Notes: generated by a model from the letters alone, not told the origin. A stretch of DNA of 55,261 bases from an uncultured Clostridia bacterium (GCA_944388695.1 CALXJT010000004.1:1-55261); one strand, 5' to 3'; counted from the stretch's first letter, positions 8,909 through 21,372 are shown. Translations and numbers: made by a program.

Positions 8909-10576
8909 ATGAGAATAGAAATGGATTATAAAGATTTAGCAAATTTAATTTTTCCAGATGCAAAAGATATAAAATATTATGAAGAAAAATATCCAGAAAG
9001 AAACTTAAAAGAAGGGGCAATAGTAACAAGAATTGCCCCAAGTCCAACTGGATTTATACATATAGGAGGATTATACCAAGGTCTTATTGCAAAAAAACTT
9101 GCAAAACAAACAGAAGGGGTATTTTTTATAAGAATAGAAGATACAGACCAAAAGAGATTAGTAGAAAATGGCGTAATGGAGATTGTAGAATCATTAAATA
9201 ATTTTGGTTTTGAACCAGATGAAGGAATGGTAACTGAAACTGAATCAAAAGGTGAGTACGGACCATATAGACAATCCTTAAGAAAAGATATCTATCAAAG
9301 TTATGCAAAATATTTAATTGAACAAGGAAAGGCATATCCATGTTTTTGTTCAACAGAAGAAATAGAAGAAATAAGACAAAAGCAAGAAGCTGCCAAAATA
9401 AGACCAGGATATTATGGAGTATGGGCTAAATGTAGAAATTTAACAGTAGAAGAAATGATAGAAAGAATAAAAAATGGAGAAAATTATATAGTGCGTTTTA
9501 AATCACCAGGAAGAGAAGATAGAAAAATAAAACATCATGATTTAATAAAAGGAAATGTAGATTTTCCAGAAAATGACCAAGATATAGTTATAATTAAAGC
9601 AGATGGTTTACCAACATATCACTTTGCACATGCTGTTGATGACCATTTAATGAGAACAACACATGTTATTCGTGGTGATGAGTGGCTTTCATCTATGCCA
9701 GTGCATTTACAATTATTCCATGAATTAGGATTTAAAGCCCCTAAATATGCACATATAGCTCCAATAATGAAAAACGATAATGGAAATAAGAGAAAATTAA
9801 GTAAGAGAAAAGACCCAGAAGCTGCTGTTTCATATTATGTAGAAATGGGAATTCCAAAAGAAGCGGTTTCAGAATATTTATTAAATATAGCTAATTCAAA
9901 TTTTGAAAATTGGAGAAGAGCAAATAAAGATACATCAATAGATGATTTTGAATTACAAATAAATAAAATGAGTGTAAGTGGAGCTCTATTTGATATGGTA
10001 AAATTATTAGATGTAGGAAAAACAGTAATATCAAAATATACAGCTGAAGAAGTATATAACAAATCAAAAGATTGGGCAAAAACATTTGATGAAGAATTAT
10101 ATTCAATACTAGATAAAGATAAAGAATATGCATTAAAAGTATTTGGAATAGAAAGAGGAAATAAAAAACCAAGAAAAGATATTGCAAAATGGTCAGATGT
10201 AAAAGAAAATATAGAATATATGTATGACGAATTATTTGAAAAAAATAAACAAGATTACGAATATCAAGTTATATCTGATAAGAAAGAAATAGAAAAGATA
10301 TTAGACTTATACATAAATAAATATTATGATGAAAATGATGACAAACAAACATGGTTTGACAAAATAAAAGAGTTATCAGGAGAAATGGGATTTGCAAAAG
10401 AAGTAAAAGAATTCAAAGAAAATCCAGGAAAATATAAAGCACATGTTGGAGATGTAAGTACAGTTTTACGTGTTGCATTAACTAAAAGAACAAATACTCC
10501 AGATATGTATGAAATAATGAAGATATTAGGTAAAGACAGAATCCAAAAAAGATTTGAGCAAGCCAAAAATAATTAA
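8909..10576 (+). CDS. gltX: Glutamate--tRNA ligase (start may be ATG 8921)
   Basis: RIAPSPTG, HIGG (HIGH), IEDTD, THVIRGDEW, KLSKR (KMSKS). Confidence 0.92.
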   Translation: MRIEMDYKDLANLIFPDAKDIKYYEEKYPERNLKEGAIVTRIAPSPTGFIHIGGLYQGLIAKKLAKQTEGVFFIRIEDTDQKRLVENGVMEIVESLNNFGFEPDEGMVTETESKGEYGPYRQSLRKDIYQSYAKYLIEQGKAYPCFCSTEEIEEIRQKQEAAKIRPGYYGVWAKCRNLTVEEMIERIKNGENYIVRFKSPGREDRKIKHHDLIKGNVDFPENDQDIVIIKADGLPTYHFAHAVDDHLMRTTHVIRGDEWLSSMPVHLQLFHELGFKAPKYAHIAPIMKNDNGNKRKLSKRKDPEAAVSYYVEMGIPKEAVSEYLLNIANSNFENWRRANKDTSIDDFELQINKMSVSGALFDMVKLLDVGKTVISKYTAEEVYNKSKDWAKTFDEELYSILDKDKEYALKVFGIERGNKKPRKDIAKWSDVKENIEYMYDELFEKNKQDYEYQVISDKKEIEKILDLYINKYYDENDDKQTWFDKIKELSGEMGFAKEVKEFKENPGKYKAHVGDVSTVLRVALTKRTNTPDMYEIMKILGKDRIQKRFEQAKNN

Positions 10577-10591
10577 GTAATTTAAGGTTGA

Positions 10592-10636
10592 GGGATGGTC
10601 CTAAAATCCTTTTTAGAAGGACTTTTAGGACCATTC
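10592..10636 (+). terminator. Long hairpin after gltX
   Basis: atggtcctaaaa...ttttaggaccat inverted repeat. Confidence 0.6.
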
Positions 10637-10672
10637 TTAATCCTTTATAAATTGTGAAAAGAAGTGATTGTA

Positions 10673-10864
10673 ATGAATTATGATGTAGGAGATATAGTAA
10701 GAACAAAAAAAGTACATCCTTGTGGAAGTAAATTATGGGAATTAGTTCGTGTAGGTGTTGACTTTAAATTGAAGTGTTTAGGATGCGGACATGTTATTAC
10801 TTTAGAAAGACAGAAAGCTTTAAAGATAATAACTAAAAATGAAACAAAAGATAAAAAAGTGTAA
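10673..10864 (+). CDS. DUF951 family small zinc-binding protein
   Basis: GDIVRTKKVHPCGS...RVGVDFKLKCLGCGH. Confidence 0.85.
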   Translation: MNYDVGDIVRTKKVHPCGSKLWELVRVGVDFKLKCLGCGHVITLERQKALKIITKNETKDKKV

Positions 10865-10931
10865 TTATATATATTGAAGAAGGAATAAGATATTATTATT
10901 TATTTGTAATTTTTAAATAATGGTATAAATT

Positions 10932-10990
10932 AAAGACATTTGAGATGATAGCTTATCTGATTGATGTTAGCTATTAATCCAAATGTCTTT
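10932..10990. terminator. Probable bidirectional terminator between convergent genes
   Basis: aaagacatttg...atagct...agctat...caaatgtcttt. Confidence 0.6.
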
Positions 10991-11054
10991 TATTTTTGAA
11001 ATATATGAAAAATATGATTAAGATTTTTTGTTTTGTAAATTAATTATCTATTTT

Positions 11055-11636
11055 TTATATGTATAAACCAATTTCTTCCCATATTTTTTCTGAATATATT
11101 TTTCTTTCAGAAGAAAAAGGGTATGTAGGAATATCACCGATAGGATTTAATATTTTTTGTAAATTTTTTACTGTTTCATCTACTTTTGAAGGTGCAATCT
11201 TATCGGCTTTATTCGCAAGTATAATGCAAGGTAGTCCTGAACGAATTATATAATCATACATTAATTTATCATTTTCAGTTGGATTATGTCTTATATCAAT
11301 TAAAAAGATGACTAATGTAATTTCATTTCTATTAAATAAATATTCTTCGATAAATTTTCCAACTTGTTCTTGTTCTTTTTTTGACATTTTACTATATCCG
11401 TAACCAGGTAAGTCAACGAAATAGAATAGATTATCAATATTATAAAAATTAATTTGACGAGTTTTTCCAGGCTCACTACTTGTTCTGGCAAGTTTTTTTC
11501 TATTAATCATTGTATTTATAAAACTAGATTTACCAACATTTGATTTACCAACTAGAACTATTTCTGGCAAATTGTTTTTTGGATATTGAGTTGGTTTTAC
11601 AGCAGATATTTCGAACTTTGGATTTTTTACTATCAT
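11055..11636 (-). CDS. engB: Ribosome biogenesis GTPase YsxC/EngB
   Basis: GKSNVGKSS, PGKT, DLPGYG, NKADK. Confidence 0.95.
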   Translation of the reverse strand: MIVKNPKFEISAVKPTQYPKNNLPEIVLVGKSNVGKSSFINTMINRKKLARTSSEPGKTRQINFYNIDNLFYFVDLPGYGYSKMSKKEQEQVGKFIEEYLFNRNEITLVIFLIDIRHNPTENDKLMYDYIIRSGLPCIILANKADKIAPSKVDETVKNLQKILNPIGDIPTYPFSSERKIYSEKIWEEIGLYI

Positions 11637-11685
11637 AATTATTATAAGTGTTTCTAAAACACTTTCTCCTTTCTAATATTTCAAT

Positions 11686-12972
11686 CTATTTCTTTATTTC
11701 AATTTTCTCAAGTCCGCCCATATAAGGTCTTAAAACTTCAGGTATAATTACACTGCCATCTGGTTGATAATTATTTTCAACAATAGAGATAAGCATACGA
11801 GGTGGGGCAACTACTGTATTATTAAGTGTATGTGCAAAATAATTTCCATTTTCACCTTTTATTCTAATACCAAGACGTCTTGCTTGAGCATCTGTTAAAT
11901 TAGAACAACTACCAACTTCAAAATATTTTTGTTGTCTAGGTGACCATGCTTCTACATCGCAAGATTTTGCTTTTAAATCTGCTAAATCTCCACTACAACA
12001 TTCTAGAGTACGTACAGGTATGTTCATACTTCTAAAGAATTCAACAGTATATGACCACATTTTATCATACCAATTCCAACTATCTTCTGGTTCACAAACA
12101 ACAATCATTTCTTGCTTTTCAAATTGATGTATACGATAAACACCACGTTCTTCTATTCCATGAGCTCCTTTTTCTTTTCTAAAACATGGAGAGTATGAAG
12201 TCATAGTATATGGCATGTCTTCTTTTTTTAGAATTTGATCTTTAAATTTACCAATCATAGAATGTTCGCTTGTACCAATTAGGTATAAGTCTTCACCTTC
12301 GATTTTATACATCATTGCATCCATTTCTTCAAAACTCATAACACCTGTTACAACATCACTTCTTATCATATATGGTGGAATGCAATAAGTAAAACCTTTG
12401 TTAATCATAAAATCTCTTGCATATGTTAAAACAGCTGAATGAAGTCTTGCAACATCACCCATTAAATAATAAAAACCGTTTCCTGAAACACGTCTTGCAC
12501 TATCTAAATCAAGACCATTAAGTGCTTCTAAAATTTCACCATGAAAAGGAATTTCATAATCTGGTACAATTGGTTCACCAAATTTTTCTATTTCAACATT
12601 TTCACTATCATCTTTTCCTAGTGGAACAGAAGGGTGCATTATATTTGGAATTTTCATCATTCTTTTTTGAATTTCATTATAATATTCAGCTTCTAAATTT
12701 TCGTTTTCTTCTAGAGATTTATTTATTTCTTGAACTTTTTCTTTTATAGAATTTGCTTCATCTTTTTTTCCAGATTTCATTAATTCACCAATTTGTGAAC
12801 TTAAAGATTTTCTTTCTGCTCTTAAGTTATCTCCTTGAAGTTTTGCTTCTCTATATTTTTTATCATAATCTAAAACTTCATCAACTAAAACAAGTTTTTC
12901 ATCTTGAAATTTATTTTTTATATTTTCTTTTACCATATCAGGATTTTCTCTTAATAATTTTATATCTATCAT
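11686..12972 (-). CDS. serS: Serine--tRNA ligase
   Basis: MIDIKLLR coiled-coil arm, GTSEH, CFRKE, RIHQFEKQE, SCSN, HTLNNT. Confidence 0.95.
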   Translation of the reverse strand: MIDIKLLRENPDMVKENIKNKFQDEKLVLVDEVLDYDKKYREAKLQGDNLRAERKSLSSQIGELMKSGKKDEANSIKEKVQEINKSLEENENLEAEYYNEIQKRMMKIPNIMHPSVPLGKDDSENVEIEKFGEPIVPDYEIPFHGEILEALNGLDLDSARRVSGNGFYYLMGDVARLHSAVLTYARDFMINKGFTYCIPPYMIRSDVVTGVMSFEEMDAMMYKIEGEDLYLIGTSEHSMIGKFKDQILKKEDMPYTMTSYSPCFRKEKGAHGIEERGVYRIHQFEKQEMIVVCEPEDSWNWYDKMWSYTVEFFRSMNIPVRTLECCSGDLADLKAKSCDVEAWSPRQQKYFEVGSCSNLTDAQARRLGIRIKGENGNYFAHTLNNTVVAPPRMLISIVENNYQPDGSVIIPEVLRPYMGGLEKIEIKK

Positions 12973-13021
12973 AAAATAACCTCCTATAGAACATCATTAT
13001 TTTGATGTTTTACTATTTTTA

Positions 13022-13285
13022 CTATATATTTAAATAATTTTTTTGAATATTTTCTACTAATTCAAATCTATATTTTTGACCAGTAATATTATCAGGTCTT
13101 TCAGGGATTTCTTCTAAAACCATTTTTTCAGGACGAACCTAGATGGAGTGACCATCTTCTCTATAGTATAGTGGTTTATATACTACAATTCGTTCTTTAA
13201 TTTCCGAGTCATATGCTATGTTTTTTACAAAATAATAGTTTCCTTTAAAGTGATGATAGACTTTTCCGATTTCTACATCTTTCAT
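13022..13285 (-). pseudogene. DUF1653-family gene interrupted by an in-frame TAG
   Basis: Manual translation MKDVEIGKVYHHFKGNYY...VVYKPLY...SI*VRPEKM...QKYRFE; TAG (13139-13141) replaces the Trp of WVRP. Confidence 0.8.
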
Positions 13286-13363
13286 TAATAATCACATCCC
13301 TTTTGTTTAAATTTGGATTTTATATAGTATAAGTAATATTGATAGTTTTAATCCATTTGTGTG

Positions 13364-13392
13364 ATTATATACTATTTTAGCATAAAATTCAA
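13364..13392 (-). promoter_or_regulatory. Sigma-A promoter for DUF1653-serS-engB
   Basis: Minus strand TTGAAT-17 nt-TATAAT. Confidence 0.55.
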
Positions 13393-13442
13393 GGAAAATT
13401 GGTAAAATAGGTGTAGAGATTTGATGATTATGTAGGTGGATT

Positions 13443-14288
13443 ATGTTTTTAGAAATATTAAAATTTATATTTTTTTCATTATTAATTGTATTAATTTCAA
13501 AATATATGTTAGTAACTGTGCTTCGAAAATTAGCCGAAAATTTAAATTTGAAGCCAAATGTAATAGGTAATATAGCAGGTTATGCGACATCAGTTCCTGA
13601 ACTTTTAACAGTTTCTATTTCTAGTTTTACAGGTTTAACTGGTGCAAGTGTTTATAATATATTGAGTTCTAATATAATAAATCTGGTTCAGTATATTTGT
13701 GCAATAATAATGAATAATAATTTAAAAAAATTAAAAAATGAAGCTATAATTATAGATATTATATTAGTATTATTTACAATATTTATACCAATATTTATAT
13801 TAATAACAGATATGGAGATTAATGTAATTGTTGTGTTAATTTTTTTTGTTTTGGCATTTGTTTTTTGGAAAATAGATAATTTATTCCATAAAAAATTTTT
13901 AAATGATATAGAAAATAAGATTATACAAATAGAAAATGAGAAAGAAAAAGAAGAAACTAAAAATAATAAAAGTACTTTTTTATATATTTTTTTACTAGTA
14001 TTAGCTGGGGTGTTATTATTTTTTATAGGTAATATGTTAGGTGATACTTTAGAGGTTTTAGCAGAAAAATTTAATATTTCTCAAATGATAATTGGAATTT
14101 TATTAGGTTTTATAACGAGTATACCAGAATTAATTACATTTATTGAATCACAAAGATATTATAAGGAAGAAGAGGTAGATGATATATTAGGTGTAGTTGA
14201 AGCTACTAATAATTTATTTACTTCTAATGTGTTGAATTTATTTATTATTCAGTCTATAGGTGTTTGTATATTTCTTATTTGGACTTGA
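13443..14288 (+). CDS. Sodium/calcium exchanger (CaCA)-like membrane protein
   Basis: Two alpha-repeat motifs ATSVPEL and ITSIPEL, each with a downstream NxxxSN; many TM segments. Confidence 0.75.
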   Translation: MFLEILKFIFFSLLIVLISKYMLVTVLRKLAENLNLKPNVIGNIAGYATSVPELLTVSISSFTGLTGASVYNILSSNIINLVQYICAIIMNNNLKKLKNEAIIIDIILVLFTIFIPIFILITDMEINVIVVLIFFVLAFVFWKIDNLFHKKFLNDIENKIIQIENEKEKEETKNNKSTFLYIFLLVLAGVLLFFIGNMLGDTLEVLAEKFNISQMIIGILLGFITSIPELITFIESQRYYKEEEVDDILGVVEATNNLFTSNVLNLFIIQSIGVCIFLIWT

Positions 14289-14303
14289 TAATGAATCTTG
14301 AAA

Positions 14304-14433
14304 GCGAACATTAGGACACTCCATTTTGTTCGGATAAAAATAGAATTTTAATTTTTTCTATCCGAACAAAAAAGAGTGTCCCCAATGTTCTCCGAACAAA
14401 ATGGAGTGTCCCTAATGTTCGCCTAATGTTTGC
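14304..14433. repeat. Family-1 REP-like palindrome, copy A (right arm tandemly duplicated)
   Basis: gcgaacattaggacactccattttgttcgga (14304-14334); right arms at 14361-14390 and 14391-14422. Confidence 0.9.
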
Positions 14434-14479
14434 TCATAGTTTTTTCTTAGTTTATGTTCACAAAAAATTCACAAAAAAA

Positions 14480-14557
14480 TTAGCAAAAAGTATTGACAAC
14501 TGCTAAAAATGGATATAATATATATGAAGATTAGCAAACAACATACGCGAGTGCTAA
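14480..14557 (+). promoter_or_regulatory. hrcA promoter with two CIRCE-like operators
   Basis: TTAGCAaaa-N9-aacTGCTAA (14480-14506) over -35 TTGACA; TTAGCAaaC-N9-GAGTGCTAA (14531-14557). Confidence 0.8.
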
Positions 14558-14583
14558 AAAGTATTGCTAGAAGAGGTGAAAGA

Positions 14584-15594
14584 ATGTTGGATGATAGAAA
14601 GAAAAAAGTATTGCAGGCAATAGTAGAAGAATATGTAAATACTGCAGAACCTGTAAGTTCTACATCATTAACTAATCACGAAGATTTAAATTATAGTAGT
14701 GCAACCATACGTAACGAAATGGCTGATTTAGAAAAATCAGGATATCTTGAAAAGACACATACTTCTAGTGGAAGAATTCCTTCAGAAAAAGGTTATCGTT
14801 ACTATGTGGATGAATTATTACAAGATGATAATATAAGTATTGAAGAGATTAAATATATTAGTGACAAATTAGAAACTAAAGTTAATGAAATAGAAGAATT
14901 AACTAAAATTACAACAACAACGATTTCTGAAATAACGCATTATACTACAGTAGCTATAGGTCCAGGAACAGACAATCAATTGATACAAGAAATAAAGTTT
15001 GTGTTATTAGGACCAAGAATGTTAATGGCAATAATTTTAACAAATACAGGAATGGTAAAAGAAACAATAATTAAATTTGATGAAGATATAACAGAAAAAC
15101 AGGTAGAAACAATAAATTATATGTTCAATCAAAAATTAAAGGGTAAGCCATTAGATATAATAGATTTGCCATTAGAAAAATACTTAATAAATGAAATGAA
15201 ATATAGTGTTAAAGTAATAAAGCCAATTATTGAACAAATAAAAAAAGCTATAACAGAAGAAAGGCAAATTTATTTAGAGGGAACTAATAGATCATTTGAT
15301 TTACCAGAATTTAATAGTTTAGAAGTTGCGAAAAACTTTGTTAATATAATAGATGAAAAGGATTTAGTAGCAGATGTATTAAATTCAGGATTTGCTCAAG
15401 ATATTAATGTATATATAGGTGATGAAAATGAAAAAGAAGAACTTAAAGATTTTAGTGTAATCACTTTTAAACATAGAGTAGGTAATAAAGATTTGGGAAC
15501 AATAGGAATTATAGGACCAAAAAGAATGGATTATTCAAAAGTTATTTCGGTTATGAAGTACATAAGTAAAAAATTGAATGAAAAAAATATATAG
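14584..15594 (+). CDS. hrcA: Heat-inducible transcription repressor HrcA
   Basis: SSATIRNEMADLE, HTSSGRIPS, GIIGPKRMDY; ATG 14584 follows gaggtg. Confidence 0.95.
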   Translation: MLDDRKKKVLQAIVEEYVNTAEPVSSTSLTNHEDLNYSSATIRNEMADLEKSGYLEKTHTSSGRIPSEKGYRYYVDELLQDDNISIEEIKYISDKLETKVNEIEELTKITTTTISEITHYTTVAIGPGTDNQLIQEIKFVLLGPRMLMAIILTNTGMVKETIIKFDEDITEKQVETINYMFNQKLKGKPLDIIDLPLEKYLINEMKYSVKVIKPIIEQIKKAITEERQIYLEGTNRSFDLPEFNSLEVAKNFVNIIDEKDLVADVLNSGFAQDINVYIGDENEKEELKDFSVITFKHRVGNKDLGTIGIIGPKRMDYSKVISVMKYISKKLNEKNI

Positions 15595-15620
15595 TTATGC
15601 TATAAAGAATTATTAATAAT

Positions 15621-15698
15621 TGCAAGATAAAAGTATTGAATAGAAGTATTAATAAAAAATGCAAGATAGAAGTATTGAATAGAAGTATTAATAAAAAA
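15621..15698 (+). repeat. Tandem duplication of ~39 bp
   Basis: tgcaagata(a/g)aagtattgaatagaagtattaataaaaaa x2. Confidence 0.8.
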
Positions 15699-15842
15699 TG
15701 TTTAGTGATAATTTTATTGATAATATATAGTTTGGCAATAATATATAGTTAAGATAATATAGTTTAAATATTAAATAGATTAATTTAAGTGATTTCAAAA
15801 TATTATAAAATGAATATATAGTATAAAGAAAGAAGGTATAAG

Positions 15843-16373
15843 ATGTCAGATAAAAAAGATTTAAAAGAAAATGAAGTAACAGAAAACAATGAAGAGTTAA
15901 ATGAAACACAAAACGATGGAACAGCTAATGTAAAAGAACAATTAAAGCAAAAGGAACAAGAATTAGAAGATATCACAGATAGATATAAAAGAATATTAGC
16001 TGAATTTGAAAATCATAAGAAAAGAAGTCAAAAAGAAAGAGAAGGATTATATAATATGGTTTTATCAGATGTAGTATCAGCAATGCTTCCAATATTAGAT
16101 AATCTAGAAAATGCAGCAAAAGTAGAGACAAAAGATGAAGAATATAAAAAAGGAATAGAACTTGTACTTAAACAATTTCAAGATACATTAAAATCAAAAG
16201 GTGTAGAAGAAATAAAAGCATTAGGAGAGATATTTGACCCAGAGTTACATGAAGCAGTAAGTAGTGTTCAAGATGATACAAAAGGTGAAAAAGAAATTGT
16301 TCAAGAATATAGAAAAGGATATAAAATTGGTACAAAAGTAATTAGACATTCTATGGTAGTTGTAGCAAATTAA
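15843..16373 (+). CDS. grpE: Nucleotide exchange factor GrpE
   Basis: AEFENHKKR, FDPELHEAV, KGYKIG...IRHSMVVV. Confidence 0.95.
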   Translation: MSDKKDLKENEVTENNEELNETQNDGTANVKEQLKQKEQELEDITDRYKRILAEFENHKKRSQKEREGLYNMVLSDVVSAMLPILDNLENAAKVETKDEEYKKGIELVLKQFQDTLKSKGVEEIKALGEIFDPELHEAVSSVQDDTKGEKEIVQEYRKGYKIGTKVIRHSMVVVAN

Positions 16374-16591
16374 TAATAAATGTTAAAAAATTATTTTATA
16401 ATGAACGATGGTATTGGTATTAAGTAAAATAATATTGTAATATTGGTTAATACTTATACCATTAGTGATGTATAAAATATTTATAAAATAAATATCAATG
16501 ATAAAAAATATTTAACAAAAGAGAACAAATTAAGTAGAATTTTATATAACTTTATATAGTTATTAATTTTAAAAATATAAATTTAAATTAG

Positions 16592-18475
<1,884 letters not shown>

Positions 18476-18645
18476 CAGGGCAATTTTTTGAATTTATATT
18501 ATGTTTTATAATAATTTTATATGATTTTAAAAGATATAATAATTATTTTGTATACTGATTAGATTTAAAAAATTTAAAATTATGTTATGTGCAAATATTA
18601 AATCTATAGAGATCTTAACTAATATAATAGAAGTAATTTAGAAAG

Positions 18646-18677
18646 AGGTTGGACGCATAATTTTAAAATCCAACCTC
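18646..18677 (+). terminator. Hairpin between dnaK and dnaJ
   Basis: gaggttgga...tccaacctc; no clear U-tract on the + strand. Confidence 0.45.
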
Positions 18678-18868
18678 AAAATTTAATGTAAGAAAAATGA
18701 AATAAAGAATGAAATATTAGAAGAAGATTTGAGTATTTCAAAAATGCAGAGATGTAATTAGAATTATATTTAAAATTATTTTTAGAATTATATTTAGAAT
18801 TATATTTAAAATAAAATGAAGAAAATAAAGAAAAGTATAATAAAAAGACATTTTAATAGGAGGAAAAA

Positions 18869-20035
18869 ATGGCAGGAAAAAGAGATTATTATGAGGTTTT
18901 AGGTGTCAATAAAAATGCGACAGATGACGAATTAAAAAAAGCATATAGAAAACTAGCCAAAAAGTATCATCCTGATGCAAATCCTGATAATAAAGAAGAG
19001 GCAGAAGCAAAGTTTAAAGAAGTAAATGAAGCTTATGAAACTTTATCTGATCCTCAAAAAAGAAGAATGTATGACCAATTTGGACCTGATGGACCACAAG
19101 GATTTGGTGGTGGTGCAGGAGGACCATTTGGTGGTCAAGGAGGATATTATTCATATAGTAGTTCTGGTTTTGATGGATTTGGAGATTTTGGAGATTTAGG
19201 AGATATATTCTCATCATTTTTTGGTGGTGGTTTTGGAAGGCAAAGTTCTAGAAAACAAAGTGGTCCAAGAAAAGGTGCAGATTTGAATTTACATATGGAT
19301 ATTACTTTTGAAGAAGCGTATTTAGGAGTAGAAAAAGAGGTTGTAATTACAAGAAATGAAAAATGTTCAAATTGTAATGGAACGGGAGCAAAACCAGGAA
19401 CACATCCTATAAAATGTCCTGAATGTAAAGGAACTGGTCAAGTAAGACAAGTGCAAAATACAATATTAGGTCAAGTTCAAACTACAAGAACATGTAATAC
19501 CTGCCATGGAACAGGAGAGGTTATAAATGACCCTTGTGATGTGTGTAAAGGCAGAGGAACTGTGAGAAAGCAACCTAGAATAAAAGTAAAAATTCCAGCA
19601 GGAATAGATGACGGTCAAACTGTTGTATTAAGAGGTGAAGGTGACCCAGGAGAAAAAGGTGGACCTAATGGAGATTTATATATAACAATAAAAATAAAGA
19701 AACATAGTATTTTTACAAGAAAGGGCAATACAGTTTTATGTGATATTCCAATTACTATGACACAAGCAACTTTAGGAGCTGATTTGGAAATTCCTATGGT
19801 TGATGGAACAAAAGAAATTTATAAAATACCAGAAGGAACACAACCTGGAACAAAATTCACAATAAGAAATAAAGGATTTAAAGTAGTAAATTCTTCAGCT
19901 CAAGGAGATTTTGTATTTACAGTAAATGTACAAATTCCAAAACGTTTAACTAAAGAACAGAGAGATTTATTAGTTGAACTTGCAAAAACTATGAATGAAC
20001 AACCACCAGTTAAGAAAAGAGGATTTTTTGGCTAA
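18869..20035 (+). CDS. dnaJ: Chaperone DnaJ
   Basis: J-domain HPD, G/F region, four CxxCxGxG repeats. Confidence 0.98.
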   Translation: MAGKRDYYEVLGVNKNATDDELKKAYRKLAKKYHPDANPDNKEEAEAKFKEVNEAYETLSDPQKRRMYDQFGPDGPQGFGGGAGGPFGGQGGYYSYSSSGFDGFGDFGDLGDIFSSFFGGGFGRQSSRKQSGPRKGADLNLHMDITFEEAYLGVEKEVVITRNEKCSNCNGTGAKPGTHPIKCPECKGTGQVRQVQNTILGQVQTTRTCNTCHGTGEVINDPCDVCKGRGTVRKQPRIKVKIPAGIDDGQTVVLRGEGDPGEKGGPNGDLYITIKIKKHSIFTRKGNTVLCDIPITMTQATLGADLEIPMVDGTKEIYKIPEGTQPGTKFTIRNKGFKVVNSSAQGDFVFTVNVQIPKRLTKEQRDLLVELAKTMNEQPPVKKRGFFG

Positions 20036-20062
20036 AATTTGAATTCTAAATTTTTTAAAATA

Positions 20063-20088
20063 ACTTATTTTTTTACATTGCATATTAT
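20063..20088 (+). promoter_or_regulatory. Mother-cell (sigma-K/sigma-E-like) promoter
   Basis: AC-16 nt-CATATTAT. Confidence 0.4.
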
Positions 20089-20106
20089 TTACTAAAGGAG
20101 GTTTAT

Positions 20107-21354
20107 ATGAAGAAATATGCAAAAAAAATAAGTTTATTTTTTTCATTTATTGTAATGACATTACTATTTTTTAATTATTCGTATGCATTAACACCTATCT
20201 CCGAGCCAATTTATAATGGAATTGATGTAAGTAATTGGCAAGGATATATATCATATGATAGAGTGAAATCATCTGGAATAGATATAGTATATATAAAAGC
20301 AAGTCAGGGAACAACTTTTAAGGACCCATATATGGAATATAATTATTCTCAAGCCAAAGCGAATGGATTAAAAGTAGGATTTTATCATTTTCTAACAGCG
20401 ACTAATGAAGCAGAAGCACGAAGACAGGCTGAATTTTTTGTGTCTGTTATAGCTGGAAAAGAAGTTGATTGTAAGTTAGCAATGGATTTTGAACAGTTTA
20501 ATGGTGGTATTACAGTACCAGAAATACGAAGGATATCAAATGTGTTTTTAGAAACAGTTAAGCAATTATCTGGAAAAGAAGTTATAGTTTATAGTAATTT
20601 GAGTGATGCGCAAAATGTATTTGGTCAAGAAATAGCAAATAAATATCCACTATGGATTGCATATTATGGTTCAGAACAACGTTTGATTAATTCTAATTCT
20701 GCATGGAGTAGATGGAGTGGATGGCAATATACAAGCCAAGGAAGTGTTTCAGGAATTCAAGGATATGTAGATAGAAATATATTTACAAGTGATGTATTAT
20801 TAGGGCAAAGTACTGAAGTGCCAGGAAATTCAGGAGAAACGCCAAATGCAAATGATGATAATATACAGTATGTAGTTAAAAGAGGTGATACTTTAAGCCA
20901 AATTGCAAGGAGATATAATACTACTGTTACAAATTTAGTTAATTTAAATAATATAAGTAACCCTAATTTAATATATCCAGGTCAAGTGATTTATATTAGT
21001 AAAGCTGGTGTAGAATCAGAGCAGGAAACAAATGAAATGGGATGTGTAGTCTATACAGTAAAATCAGGTGATAATTTATCAAGTATTGCCAATAGATATG
21101 GAACGACAGTGCAAAAAATAATTAATTGTAATAAGATTTCAAATCCTAACTTAATATATCCAGGTCAAAAAATAAGAATACGAGTAACTACTGTAGCTGA
21201 TAATGATACCCAGATTCAATATGTTGTAAAAAGAGGAGATACTTTATGGAGTATTTCAAGAAGATATGGAGTAAGTATAGAAACTATAGTGAAAAATAAT
21301 AATATAACAAATAGAAATTTAATATATCCAGGTCAGACTTTATTAATAAATTAG
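20107..21354 (+). CDS. Secreted GH25 muramidase with three LysM domains
   Basis: Signal peptide, GIDVSNWQG, IKASQG, DFE; three YxVKxGD...NLIYPGQ LysM repeats. Confidence 0.9.
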   Translation: MKKYAKKISLFFSFIVMTLLFFNYSYALTPISEPIYNGIDVSNWQGYISYDRVKSSGIDIVYIKASQGTTFKDPYMEYNYSQAKANGLKVGFYHFLTATNEAEARRQAEFFVSVIAGKEVDCKLAMDFEQFNGGITVPEIRRISNVFLETVKQLSGKEVIVYSNLSDAQNVFGQEIANKYPLWIAYYGSEQRLINSNSAWSRWSGWQYTSQGSVSGIQGYVDRNIFTSDVLLGQSTEVPGNSGETPNANDDNIQYVVKRGDTLSQIARRYNTTVTNLVNLNNISNPNLIYPGQVIYISKAGVESEQETNEMGCVVYTVKSGDNLSSIANRYGTTVQKIINCNKISNPNLIYPGQKIRIRVTTVADNDTQIQYVVKRGDTLWSISRRYGVSIETIVKNNNITNRNLIYPGQTLLIN

Positions 21355-21372
21355 AAATATGATAATAAATTG

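Noticed and set aside
13139-13141. Stop-codon reassignment (TAG read as an amino acid)
   Set aside because: TAG terminates full-length genes in this window (rnj, hrcA, ruvB, fic, uppP)
14509-14583. 25-aa N-terminal extension of HrcA in the ORF track
   Set aside because: Overlaps the promoter and CIRCE; the SD supports ATG 14584
20107-21354. Prophage endolysin
   Set aside because: Has a signal peptide; no holin, structural or integrase genes nearby
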